From contig NIVC01000001.1 of assembly GCA_002269645.1 (NCBI GenBank), forward strand, positions 2,046,001-2,110,000: a DNA stretch of 64,000 nucleotides, written 5' to 3'. Made by a program: the position numbers and the translations under genes. The first letter of the stretch is position 1, and each line of letters starts with the position of its first letter. Source of the stretch: Macrostomum lignano. Its lineage: Eukaryota. Shown piece by piece: positions 49,795 to 62,500 of this stretch. Below the pieces are notes generated by a model. That model saw nothing but the letters and a program-made list of their open reading frames with translations, was not told the origin of the DNA and searched no databases.

Positions 49795-50160
49795 GTGTTT
49801 GCACTCGCCTCTGACCAATCCCCACCACCCCAATGTACACACTCGCCTCTGACCAATCCCCACCACCCCAATGTACACACTCGCCTCTGACCAATCCCCA
49901 CCACCCCAATGTACACACTCGCCTCTGACCAATCCCCACCACCCCAATGTACACACTCGCCTCTGACCAACCCCCACCACCCCATGTAAAACACTCGCCT
50001 CTGACTAATCCCCACCACCCCAATGTACACACTCGCCTCTGACCAATCCCCACCACCCCAATGTACACACTCGCCTCTGACCAATAACCTACATCCCAAT
50101 GTACACACTGGCCTCTGACCAATAACCTACATCCCAATGTACACACTGGCCTCTGACCAG
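49795..50160. repeat. 38-bp minisatellite, ~9 copies
   Basis: Unit CACTCGCCTCTGACCAATCCCCACCACCCCAATGTACA. Confidence 0.93.
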
Positions 50161-51793
50161 TAACTAATACAGTCTGTACAAACGCAAAGCTGATATTTAT
50201 TACAATCAATTTCTCACTAATTTTTTCCAACTATTTTATAAGCTAATTAATGTATTCGGGTGCAACGCGGATTGGCAGATTCTCGCAGTGTTAAATCATT
50301 TCATTTATGTGTTTGTCATTAGGTATTCACATTCGACTGATGGTTTTTGTTATTACACAATAATGGTAATTACTAATTTTTCAATTTTCGGGTGAACTCG
50401 TACGCTTAAATATAAATGATTATTACATGAATGTTATTTTTCACTTTTTAATTGCACACACATTTTAAAGGATAACCCAAATTCAAAGTTAATGTGTCTT
50501 TCTTTTCTATTCTTGTCTTAATAGTCTATGTTTATTACTAATGCAGAACTACTATGAGTATTAGTAAAGGAATTGTTAAGTATTGGGAATTTCAGTTATA
50601 TAACGGTCTGTCCTCTATTTAGTTGAACCAGAATCAAATCAATATTATTTGCTAAACATTTGGTAAAAATTTATTTATACAGCCAATTCTTTGAACCAAT
50701 CAATAATTAAATGAACCTTTCCAATGACCCGGATTGTTGGCTGTCAAGAAATGCGACTGTGGTCTGCTTTTCTTGACAATTTTTTATTACAATAAATGTT
50801 TTGACAGAGCAGTGTAACTTTTGTCATTCTCCGCGACACAAAAAATTGATGAAAAACAGATATTTTCGCGTTTAAAAAAGTCTCCGACTGTCTTCTTCTA
50901 GCCTCGTATATTTTAATACGTTAAGCCGGTTCAGGGAAAAAAGCTTTTCAAAAAAGCCAATAATTAATTACTGCTTCGGGGTGTCCTGGTAGAATGACAT
51001 CCCAACTTTCTTATACGCCATGGAGATTAAGTCCAGCCCGTAAACAGAAAATAAAAGGCAATTTCACATTTTTAGCTTGTTTAACAATAAAAAATCTCAA
51101 AAGGTAACGCGGGTGAAGGATAAAATCCGTCAGATAGGTGCTAAGTAGGTTGAAAGCTGGAGCATTCAGCTGAATAAAGGTCGGAATCCGACCCTCCTGC
51201 ATAAATTAAGACAAAAGACAAAGACAAAATAAAGACATTACGGAGATAGGAGGTTTTCATTTTTTCAGCACAAAAATTACTATTGCTTTTCATAAAAAGG
51301 AGACCCAAAGTTCACTCTCTATTTTATCTATTTTTCTATTGTATCATCCTTAGCTAATGACTGCGCAACAGAAATGTGTAACAAATTTATGCCATTTTTA
51401 TGATTTTCACGTCCTGGACATTAACGTATAGTATATAACATTATCATCGAATCCTAATTCTATCAACGAAAAGCTCTATGAATATTGATAGAGCTATAAG
51501 AAAGGCATGACTTCAAAAGATTATGAGCATTTGGTCTGCCTCCTATCAAAAGCAATAACAACTTTTTGTGCTAAAAATGAAAACCTCGTAATGTATTTTT
51601 TCGGAAAAACCAGCCTCCTAAACTTTTCCGAGAAACATAGTTTCCCGTCCTTCTACTTGCGCAGTCCTTGGGCAGGCGTGCACACACTCCGTGCCACGGA
51701 GATTGGTTTGGTTCAACCATGGTAACTGCAGAGCTCAAAAATAGGATCAACAGTGTTTTGTCTAAAGTGCTATTCTAAAACACTAACTGTCAA

Positions 51794-52495
51794 TCACAAT
51801 GTTTCAATCAGCTGTGTGTACATCGACAGCAGACAGTCCGTCTGCTCCGTGGCCGGAGGAGGCGGTGTTGGCGGCATCGGCTGCGGCGGCGGCGGCGGAA
51901 TCGGCTGCGGCGGCGGCGGCGTCGGCGGTACCAAAACCAGGCTGTCCTCTCCGCTGGAATCCAGCCTCCAGTATACTCCGCCATCATCGGCCTTTCTGGC
52001 GATGCTCTTGGCTCTGTCCAACTCTTTGTTGTCACCGCCGCCGTCGTCGTCTTGGTCGCTTCGCTCGCTCTTGTCGTCGATGATGTCGACTACGCCAGGC
52101 TGCTGCTGCATGGCAAGCCGCCGCACCTGCCAGGCCGGGGACATGCCGTCCGTTCTGCCCAGCTGTCCGGCCTGCCGCTGCCGGCGCTCCAGGCGCTCCA
52201 GGCGCTCCTGCTGAATCTCCAGCTGCCGCTGCTGACGGAGCTGCCGGGCCCGGCTGAGCCTCTGGCCGGCGTGGCGACACTGGCGCACTTGACGCGACAC
52301 CAGGAGGAGAATCGACACCGTCAGCACGGCCAGGAAGGCGCCAATGCCGACCGAGGCGACTGTCTTGGCCAGGTTGCTGTAGTCGCTGTCGCTTTCGCTG
52401 ATGCCCACCTGCTCTTTGCTGTTGCTGTTGATGATGCTGACAGCGGTTGACTGTTGACTGGCGTTGCTAGGGTGCATTCTGGTTCGGCCTGTCAT
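51794..52495 (-). CDS. Hypothetical single-pass membrane protein with R/Q-rich juxtamembrane segment and proline-rich tail (233 aa, possibly the last exon of a longer gene)
   Basis: GC-rich 702-nt ORF. One hydrophobic stretch VASVGIGAFLAVLTVSILLLV followed by basic residues. The frame stays open about 60 nt upstream of the ATG to a TAG| acceptor-like site near 52557. Confidence 0.7.
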   Translation of the reverse strand: MTGRTRMHPSNASQQSTAVSIINSNSKEQVGISESDSDYSNLAKTVASVGIGAFLAVLTVSILLLVSRQVRQCRHAGQRLSRARQLRQQRQLEIQQERLERLERRQRQAGQLGRTDGMSPAWQVRRLAMQQQPGVVDIIDDKSERSDQDDDGGGDNKELDRAKSIARKADDGGVYWRLDSSGEDSLVLVPPTPPPPQPIPPPPPQPMPPTPPPPATEQTDCLLSMYTQLIETL

Positions 52496-52584
52496 TGTTC
52501 GGCATTTCGTTTCTGATTTTGATCTTCTGCTGCTGATCTTGTTTTTGATCCACAGCTCTAGTCATGTGACTGCCTGTCTGCGTC

Positions 52585-52828
52585 CCATTTTTATGATCTC
52601 ACCTGTCCCCTGTCTATGATCCCCACCTGCCCCCCTGTCTATGATCCCCACCTTCCCCTGTCTATGATCCCCACCTGTCCCCTGTCTATGATCCCCACCT
52701 GCCCCCCTGTCTATGATCCCCACCTTCCCCTGTCTATGATCCCCACCTGTCCCCTGTCTATGATCTCTACCTGTCCTTTGTCTTTGATTCCCACCTGTCT
52801 ATGATCCCCACCATTCTATGAACCCCAC
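52585..52828. repeat. ~22-23-bp minisatellite, left half of the array split by the gypsy element
   Basis: Unit CTGTCTATGATCCCCACCT(G/T)CCC. Confidence 0.88.
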
Positions 52829-53032
52829 TGTAATGGCTATAGTAAGAAAGGCCGGAGTTTGCTGAGACGAAAGGTGGAGCCCTGCTAGGTGGGCTGATCG
52901 ATATTTATTTATTTTCAGACTATGGTATAAAATCACGCCACCAGAGTGGGGGTGGAGAATCGCCGCACTTGAAGTGCATGAATTGTACGCAAGGCCGATG
53001 TACATATAAATTGGGCTTGCGTGAGCACTACA
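52829..53032 (-). repeat. 3' LTR
   Basis: Direct repeat of 57016-57219, TG...CA termini. Confidence 0.95.
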
Positions 53033-53129
53033 TCTCTCCACGCGCGGGTTAGTAACAGGGGGATAAAAACAAAATATTGTGACCAAAAAGTACATTGTCC
53101 AGGTCTGCTGCTGCAAAGCAATCACTGAG

Positions 53130-56100
53130 ACTCAATGTCTCCTGAGGTCCGGTTCCTTGTATTTCTTGGCCCCGTCCTTTGACCTTCTTGACCTGAGTGG
53201 CGTGCCGTCGGCAAGTGGTCTCGCCACACTGAATGACCAGAGCATCTCCATGAACCTCGGCCACAGTCCACGGTACGGTTTTAAATAAGGTGTCCGTTTT
53301 TTGTCGGTGCTGCTGGCGCCGTAGGACGCGGTCACCTGGTTGGATTTGATGGTCAGCGGCTCGTTCTTGCTGGTCGCGGTAGTCCTTCATCTTCTCCTTG
53401 GCCTTCGAATCCGCTCTGGCAATGGCGGCTCGCGTCGCTTTCACAGGTCGCGAGTGGTGAAGACTGGGGATTGTGTCATTGACTTGGCGTCCGAAGAGCA
53501 GGTTTGCCGGGGCGACTCCTGTCGAGCTGTGCGGCGTGCGCCGGTACGCGGCCAAGTATTCGTCGACAGCTGCCGTCCAGTCTTTGCCTTCGGCGACAGC
53601 TGCGCGTATGGCTTTGTTGAGGCCCTTGTTGCAGCGCTGGGTGGCTCCGTTAGCCTGCGGGTAGAGCGGCGTGATCCGATGATGGTGGACTCCTTGGTCT
53701 TTCAGGAAGCTGGTGAAATCCGATGATGAGAAAGGCGGCCCGTTGTCGGTTGACACCTTGAGCGGCTGGCCGAAGATGCTAAACCACCGTCTGAGCACGC
53801 GTGTGGTGGCGGCCGTTGTGTCTGCCATAACTTCAACCAGTGGAAATCGAGAAAAGTGATCGGTGCAGACGAGTAACGACTTTCCTTTGACGGGCCCCAG
53901 GAAGTCAAGGCCGAGATCGAGCCACGGCCCATCCGGCAGATCGGTCGGCTTCAAGGGCGTTGCCTTCGTAGTCGCCTCGCTGTTGCAGGCCGCGCAGCTG
54001 ATGCAGGTGGCCACATAAGTCTCCACTGCCGAGCGCATGCCAGGCCACCAGACCTTTGACTGCAGGCGATCCATGCATCCAGTGTCTTCCGCATGCCTTG
54101 GTGTCCTTGATGGGCCAGTTGAAGGCACCGGAACCGCAGCACCGCAGGCACGAACAGCTGGCTGCCGCGCAATAGGAGGCCGTCGTGTTCCGACAGCTCG
54201 TGCCTGACGCCTCGGATGTCCTTCAGATCCGCGTCCTTGGAGTCCCAGCTGCCGGTGCGAATGGCGCGGCGGGCAGCCTGCACTGTCGGGTCCTGCTCCA
54301 AAGCCGCCTTGATCGCTGATATGCTGAGAGACACCTGAGTCGCCGCCTGGACGACCATGGCAACGAACGCTCGCCTCCGTTGTTTGGCGGCAGCGGTAGC
54401 GGTTGCCGGCTGAGCACATCGGACGGGTTTCCGGCTCCGGGCTGGTAAACGACGCTGAAGGCAAGGTCCTGCAGTCGGAGAGCCATGCGTTCAATTCTGG
54501 GCGGCGGCCGAGACCCTGGGCTGAACATCGAGACGAGCGGTATGTGGTCAGTTATGACTTTAAAGTGCTCACAGCCGCTGAGATAATGATGAAATTTTAG
54601 GCAGCCATACTTTACTGCGAGTGCCTCGCGCTCGCTCTGCGAGTACCGCTGCTCGGTGGCGCTGAGGCTGCGGCTTGCGTAGGCCACCGGTCGAATCGAA
54701 CCATCAGGCTGCACTTGGGCTAGGATGGCGCCGGCTCCGGTTGGACTGGCGTCGACAATCAGCTGGGACTGCAGGTCTTTGCTGAAGAATGCCAGCGCCT
54801 GGCTACTGGCTATCGTGCGCTTGATGTCGATGAAAGCTGCTTCTTGATGGTCGCCCCACGTCCACTCTGCCCCGTGCTTTGTCAGATCTCGGAGCGGCCG
54901 TGCCCTGTTGGACAGGTTGCTAATGAAGCGAGCGACAAAGGTGACGAGGCCGATGAAGGACCTGACCTCGGTAGCGTTGGTCGGTCTTTTGAAGCAGTTA
55001 ATGGCCGCCACCTTCTCTGTGCTGGGATGGATTCCGGCTGCTGTGAGGCGCATGGCGAGGAAGTCGACTTCTTGCTGCGCGAACCTGCACTTCGCTGGGT
55101 TGAGGGTGATGTTGTGGTCCCGCAGCCGCTGCAGACAGTCGCGCAGTCGCTGGTTATGCTCTTCGATACACTTGGCGTAGATGAGGATGTCGTCGTGTAC
55201 CCAGCGCACGCCGGGGAATCCGCTCAGAACAGTCGTCATCACGCGCTGCAGGATTTCGGAGGCTGACGTATAGCCCATGCAGAGGCGCCTCAGTCGCATA
55301 AGGCCTAGTGGCGTTGAGAAGGTCAGGAGCTCCCTCGAGTTTTCGGCCACCTCGATTTGGTGAAAGGCCTTGGCGACATCTAACTCTGAGAAACATGTTG
55401 ATCCGGCCATGTCGTCCGTAACCTCCTCAAATGTGGGAATCGGTTGCTTCTCAAGAATCAAGAATTTGTTGACCTCGCGGAGATCCTGGGTGATGCGGAT
55501 TCGTCCCTTGTCGTCCTTTGGAACAGCCACCATTCTTGAGCACCATGCTGTAGGTCCGTGGACACGCTCGATGAAGCCCTGAGCAAGCTGCTCTTCCAGC
55601 TCTTTTCTGACGGCGTCTCTGAGGTGCACTGGCACGCGTGATGGTGCTTGGCATGTTGGCGTGGCTTCGGGACGCAGCTTGATGGTAACGCGGACGCCTT
55701 TGACGCAGCCGATGCCGTGAAACCTATCCTCGAATTCGGTCAGGACGCTTTGCAGCTGCGGGTTGTCGGTCGGGTGCTGGTCGTTGATGCTTCGTGACCC
55801 GGTGAGACCTGCCACAAATACGGGTTGCTTGTTGGCTCCTGGGCCGACCTGTAGCATGCCGAGCTCGGTGCTGGTCTGTCTTCCGATGATGGGGTTGCAG
55901 CTGCTTTTTATGATGATGAAGTTCGGCTGCAGCTTGTGCCCGTTTGCCGCCACGATCAGCCTGGCTTTTCCCTCAACGGCCAGCGGTTGGCTTGCGCCAA
56001 GTGGGAAAACCCTTGTGCTGCAGGGCTCGATCCTGGTGCCCGGGTTGCTGATCCGCCTGAAGGTGCACAGGTCGAGCACGTTGCAGCTCGCTCTGCTATC

Positions 56101-56994
56101 GATGAGCGCCCTGACTGCGTGGCCGTTGATGCTGATGACGAACTTTGCGCTCCCGTTCTTGTCTTCCAGCGTGCCGAACACTTCCTCGCATGACTTGTCG
56201 GTCGGCTCGTCCGAGTCGTGGCCAAGTGCGTTGATGCGCGAACGGCTACTGAGACAAGCCTTAGCGAGGTGGTTCATCTTGCAACAGCTATCGCTCTTCT
56301 TGCCCTGGGCCTTGTTGCAGCTTCGGTGTTCAGACTCTCCGCAGCGGATGCATTTGCTGTTAGTCTTTGGCGGCTCGCGGGCTGACCCACCTGGCTGGCG
56401 GCGGCGCAGCATGTTGACGTCTTCGGAGGTGGCAGCGCTTTTCGACATGATGGCGGCTTGCTTTTCGGCCGCCTCATGAGTTCTTGCCAGCTGTAGAGTG
56501 TCTGCGAGCCTGATGTTTGGCACGTTTAAGAGTCGCTTCCTGAGGGCATTGCTGCGGCAACAGGCCACGATTTGATCTCGGATCAGTGACTGCTGCAGGT
56601 CTCCAAACTGGCACGCTTCTGATGCGCTCCACAGTCTGCTGTACCATGAGTCGATCTGTTCGCCATCCTCTTGAAGGCAATTCCTGAATTGATATCTGAT
56701 GAAGACGACATTGTCGCGGCCTTTAAACTGTTTGTTGAAAGTCTCGATAAGTGTTGAAATGTTTGCACTTTGGCCTTCTGCGATAGTTTCGCTGTTAGCG
56801 ATCTCTTTGCAAATGTCGCTGATTTCCTGTCCGGCCGTGTAGAGCAGAATTTCCCGCTTTTGGGCCTCATTGGTGATGCCGCTGGCCGCCAGGTAGCGCT
56901 GTAGGTTGTCAGCCCATTCTTGCCAACGTTTGCTGACTGTGTGTGGGTCTTCTCTAATGCTGAATGATGCTGGGGGCGGCAGTTGCAAGGCCAT
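53130..56994 (-). pseudogene. gag-pol polyprotein of the gypsy element, frameshifted
   Basis: Starts MALQLPPP at 56994. Contains gag (RYQFRNCLQEDGEQID..LIRDQIV, zinc knuckles), protease ALIDSRAS, RT (IRITQDLREVN, FSELDVAKAFHQI, WVHDDILIY), RNase H (VDASPTGAGAIL) and integrase (H..HQG..C..C, LDFLGP, STDNG, NGATQR). Frameshifts near 54370 and 54085. Confidence 0.93.
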
Positions 56995-57015
56995 GGCTTG
57001 CTCTTGCGACGCCAA

Positions 57016-57219
57016 TTTAATGGCTATAGTAAGAAAGGCCAGAGTTTGCTGAGATGAAAGGTGGAGCCCTGCTAGGTTGGCTGATCGATATTTATTTATT
57101 TTCAGACTATGGTATAAAATCACGTTACCAGAGTGGGGGTGGAGAATCGCCGCACTTGAAGTGCATGAATTGTACGCAAGGCCGATGTACATATAAATTG
57201 GGCTCGCGTGAACACTACA
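57016..57219 (-). repeat. 5' LTR
   Basis: 196/204 identical to 52829-53032 by manual comparison. Confidence 0.95.
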
Positions 57220-57575
57220 CCCACCTGTCCTCTGTTTTTGATCCCCTCCTGTCTATGATCCCCTCCTGTCTATGATCCCCTCCTGTCTATGATCCTCACC
57301 TGTCTATGATCCCCTCCTGTCTATGATCCCCTCCTGTCTATGATCCTCACCTGTCTATGATCTCCTCCTGTCTATGATCCCCTCCTGTCTATGATCCCCT
57401 CCTGTCACCTTTCTATGATCCCCTCCTCTCCCCTGTCTATGATCCTCACCTGTCTATGGTCCCCTCCTGTCACCTGTCTATGATCTCCTCCTGTCCCCTG
57501 TCTATGATCCCCTCCTGTCACCTGTCTATGATCCCCTCCTGTCCCCTGTCTATGATCGCCTCTTGTCCCCTGCCA
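57220..57575. repeat. ~17-24-bp minisatellite, right half of the split array
   Basis: Unit CCTGTCTATGATCCCCT, same core as 52585-52828. Confidence 0.9.
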
Positions 57576-58796
57576 AATACACCTCTTGTCTTATGCTAAT
57601 GATCCTGTTGTGTAATGAATAAGCCAGCCAGTCTGCAAGTTTGTAGGCAAACCTCTCAAGCTCTCAAACTCACCGCGCTTTCACTTATATCATATATTGT
57701 ACTGCGATCGATAACTAACAGGTGTACATCGACTGTACACACAATTACGCACTCACATAGAGTAGTGACACAACAGATCCCACAGAGAATCACCCCGCCT
57801 AGCCCACCGAAGCTGGAGAGCTGAAATTATTGATGTTAAACAGATTTAATTACAGCTTGACCTCACCAGCTTACAGAAACAGCAGACAGCCGAATTTTTA
57901 GCTTCCCTGTTTGTGACCGCAACCGAGTGCCTAGCTATTGTTGGATGAAGCAGTAAGGAAGGCAATCCTGGGCGGGGCCTTCTGAGCATTTAGCATTTAA
58001 CATAAGGCGTCTTCAGCGTATCTGCATGTGCTTTTTAAGCATGGCTTCCTCCTTTATTTTCATACATCATCTTTCCCAGGCCAGTGCACCAGAGCCCCTC
58101 CTCTTTTGACCAATTAGAATCGGGTCAGATGATTCTTTCAATGCGAGCTACTCGATTTAATTGGCCAATAATTAGTCTCTGCAATTTCGTGGTTTCAAAA
58201 CGTAGAAAACCAGTTTATTTATGAAACAGGGTATTTCACGGACAACTTGACACAGAATGACGCTTCCTATGAGTTTTAATGCTTGCTGCCTTTGCTCTCT
58301 CTCAAACCACTCACCTATCAAACTCATTCATCTTCATCAAGTCTGAAAAATAAATAGGCATATCATTGAAACTCTGAGATGTCAAGCTTGACTAAGATGA
58401 CTATAGTTTGATACTTGATTGATGAGTATAGATGGGTGTGATATCTGCTCCCAGTTCGAATGCGGGGGCAGCCAGCATCGCCCCGGAAATGAACATTTTG
58501 TCGATATCTCGCATTCAACAGTTTTACTGCACCTGACTAACTGCCACCCATTCTTGCAGGAGTCGTAAACAGCATTCTTCTTGTTTACAGTGCAATTGTT
58601 TGTTAGCTACCTGTGTAGTTGTTTTCTATGAAACTTGTTAACCACACACCCGTCTCATTTGATTATACTAAGCAGAGATAAATAAAATAAAATTTTGACA
58701 ATAAAAACTCCACTTGGCTACTTCCAGAGGTAGTTTGTCGGCGACCTAAATTTGATGGCTGTATACGGGTAAAAATACACTGCTACAGATCCTTAC

Positions 58797-59387
<591 letters not shown>

Positions 59388-59459
59388 TAGTATGCCAGAC
59401 ACCAAAAGTGACGGATAAAAGATAGGGTGGTAATAATGAGATTTATTGGAATGGGAAAA

Positions 59460-59690
59460 CATGGCTAAGGAAAGAGAAAGGGAAAGTGAGCGGAGAAACG
59501 GAAGAAAAAATATCGGAAAGCAGTGCGAGAAGAGAAAGAGACAGGAGAATAGAGAGGGAAGAGAGAAAAGAGGGAGAGGAAGGGATGAGGGGAGAGAGAG
59601 AGGGATGATGGGAGAGGGAAGAGGGAAGAGAGAAGGAAGAAGGGTGAGGAAGTGAAGAGAGGAGGGGAAGGGAGGAAGGGAGAGTAACTT
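59460..59690. repeat. Purine-rich (GA) low-complexity tract
   Basis: Almost only A and G on the + strand. Confidence 0.7.
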
Positions 59691-60664
59691 GGTTATCATT
59701 AAAAAATATTAACAGTATGGAATCAATATGTAAGAGATGATAACTCGTAAAATGGGTTAATGAAAAAGCCCAGACAATGTCCAAATTGGACAATATGCAT
59801 GAGCAAGAAATGATAAATAAATCAATAATTAAAAAGGAAACAGGCAAGAGCAGAGACAGAAACAGGAGGAGAGTGAGAGGAAAGCGAGTGAAAGTGAGGA
59901 AGCGGCGAAGACAGGGGGAGAAGGAAAGGGTGAATATGCAATCTACAATGGCTCGCCAAGGTAGAGTTGGAAAAATGTTTTAGCGATGAAGAAGGCGGAA
60001 AGCTTGAGAGAAATTCAAGTGCCGGACTCGAAGCCGCAGCTGCACGCTGAGGGGGTGCTCAAACAGATGATAAAATTTCCTCTGAGACTCCTCTCAAAAT
60101 CGATATTTTAGCCTTGCGTGTGTAGCCATAGGCCGCAATTGAAAGCATTGAATTGAAGCTTGAAGATAGCGAAGGCGAGGCCTATAGAAACCAAGCGGGA
60201 CTTGATGCCTCTCCATTTGGTCTTCCCCAGAACTGCAAACACGCTACACTCCGAGACGCTGACATGCCTCAGATGGTGACAGCAGCCGCTCTGAATCCCC
60301 CCCCCCTCGCTCTGATCCCTGCCTGCCAGCTTCTCCCATCCCTGTCCCCACACACATCTCCCATTGCTATTCAGCTTGAAGAGGAGAGAGCGGCGGCTGG
60401 CTGGCTGGCTTTCCTTGAGTCGGCAGCTCAACTGGTCCATGTGCAGCCGTTGCGTGCGCTCGGGCCCTGTGGTTGGTTAGTACAGGCCTATGCGGGGATA
60501 GAGAGAGTCAGAGTAAGGTCAAAATGGGAAATTACCGCCTAGCGCTCTGGCCTCGCTCTCGTTCTCTCCTTCCTTCCTCTCTTTTTCAGATGTCTCAAAG
60601 CAGATTGAAGTCTACGAGAAATATTCGATAGCAGCATCGAAGCCAGCAGGGAATCCCGCCGCCT

Positions 60665-61969
60665 ATGTCTGCCTATCCGGACGACGAAGCCGCCGCCAGG
60701 AGCATCAGCCTGGTGCGGCTGTCCTGGAACTGCTCCAAGGATGCCGCTGAACCCTCAGCCAGGATCTCCGTGTCAGCCGCCGTGTACACCGCCGCGCTGA
60801 TGTCGCTGAGCCTCGTCAACGTCGGCTTCAACGCTGCCGCCCTGCGACTTCTTCCTCGGGTGATGCCACGCAGGAACCCGGCGCTGCGCCTGTTGAACAG
60901 CCTGTCGGTGGCGGAGATCGCCTTCAACGGCTGCCAACTGTGCTACCAGGCGCTGGTGTACATTTACGGCCAGCGGCGGCAGCAGTTCGTCAGCCAGCTA
61001 GCCGGCCTGTGTACCTGCTCTGCCATGCAGGCTCTGCTGCTGCTGCACCAGACTGCTCACCGGGTCCGCAACTGGACGATTGTGCTGGTGGGCTGGTGCA
61101 GGTTCGGCCGCCTGATCCGCTGCTGGGGCCGCGGCGGCGGCGGCGGAGTTTCGGACAGCTGGGCGACCAGCTATGGAGCGATGCTGCTCAACTTCGTCCT
61201 CTGTCTGGCGTTCAGCATCCCGAAGCTGTTTGAGTACAACGCCATCGTGTGCGTGAGCAGCCTCCGACTCAGCCAGGAGACCACCTGGCTGACTGACTGG
61301 CCCGCCTACCGCATCGGCTACACCTACATTGCCGGCTACCTCAGCTCCACCGTCGGGCCCGTGGCCCTGCTCACCGGCCTGCACTGCGCCATCCTGAGCG
61401 GCCTCGTGCGCGATCGGCGCTGCCGGCGGCGCGACGGTGATGACAATGCGCAGCTTGAAGAGCCCGGCGTAACTGCCGCGGCCGTCCCGGCACCGATAAT
61501 GGCTTCGCCGAGGCACGCGGACCTGCTGATCGCCGCACTGGTGGCCACCTTCTGCCTGTGCGAGCTGCCCGCATTCGTAGCCGCCCTGTTCTACCTGAAC
61601 GACTCAAACTGGCGGCTCTCGTATCACCTGGTCCACCTGGCCCACCTGGGCACGGCCATCGACTCAACGCTCAACCTGCTGATCTACACGTTCCCGTACC
61701 GGCGGGCGGCTCGCTACTGGCGGCATAGGCGGGAGCGTCGGCAGGTGCGCCGCGGCCTCGTGGAGCTGCAGATGGCCGCCCCAGTCGGGCGGCGGCGGCG
61801 TCGGCATCGGAGAAACCGGCCATCGCTACCAGCGAACGACAACGACGGCGACGGCGAGGCGAAGTCTGAGAATGACTTCGGCGACTCGCCGACGCGCGGC
61901 TTCACGACTGTCGGACGGTCGCACAGCCAGAACTGCAGTCGGGGGGCCGCCCACGCAAACCCGGAGTGA
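60665..61969 (+). CDS. Intronless rhodopsin-family GPCR, FMRFamide/peptide-receptor-like, 434 aa
   Basis: Seven hydrophobic segments. TM1 GFN, TM2 LLNSLSVAE, TM3 end NWTIVLVGWCRF, TM4 FSIPKLFEY, TM5 GP..LL..L, TM6 FCLCELP, TM7 DSTLNLLIY. GC-rich ORF. Confidence 0.85.
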   Translation: MSAYPDDEAAARSISLVRLSWNCSKDAAEPSARISVSAAVYTAALMSLSLVNVGFNAAALRLLPRVMPRRNPALRLLNSLSVAEIAFNGCQLCYQALVYIYGQRRQQFVSQLAGLCTCSAMQALLLLHQTAHRVRNWTIVLVGWCRFGRLIRCWGRGGGGGVSDSWATSYGAMLLNFVLCLAFSIPKLFEYNAIVCVSSLRLSQETTWLTDWPAYRIGYTYIAGYLSSTVGPVALLTGLHCAILSGLVRDRRCRRRDGDDNAQLEEPGVTAAAVPAPIMASPRHADLLIAALVATFCLCELPAFVAALFYLNDSNWRLSYHLVHLAHLGTAIDSTLNLLIYTFPYRRAARYWRHRRERRQVRRGLVELQMAAPVGRRRRRHRRNRPSLPANDNDGDGEAKSENDFGDSPTRGFTTVGRSHSQNCSRGAAHANPE

Positions 61970-62241
61970 ACTGACTGACCCCATATGGATTTCAGCCGCT
62001 TCGTGATTTGCTTTAAGTCAGGCAATCCGACTGTACTTTTTCATCGTCTCCGTGTCTCCCCTTCCTCAATCAAGTTTCTATGCTACCCCTGACTGTTCGC
62101 TTCTAGCGCAGTGATATTTTGTACCAATCCTTGTAGAGCTATGCGTAGCTTTTTGCTGTATTGCTGCTGTGGTCTTCTCGTCTGCCTGTTGCTAATATTA
62201 CTGTCTGTAAAATTGTCCCTGTGCCGGTCTTTGTGTCTTTG

Positions 62242-62500
<259 letters not shown>

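Larger units (their letters stand above)
52829..57219 (-). mobile_element. Full-length, decayed Ty3/gypsy LTR retrotransposon (Mag-like), 4391 bp
   Basis: 204-bp LTRs 52829-53032 (TG..CA) and 57016-57219 (TT..CA) with 8 mismatches. 5-bp TSD CCCAC. PBS-like TGGCGTCGCAAG next to the 5' LTR and a short purine tract GGAGAGA before the 3' LTR. Domain order gag, PR, RT, RH, IN. Confidence 0.96.

Noticed and set aside
60153-60542. 129-aa ORF upstream of the GPCR
   Set aside because: No recognisable motifs, and it cannot be spliced in frame to the GPCR because of the stop at 60629. Probably 5' UTR or promoter.
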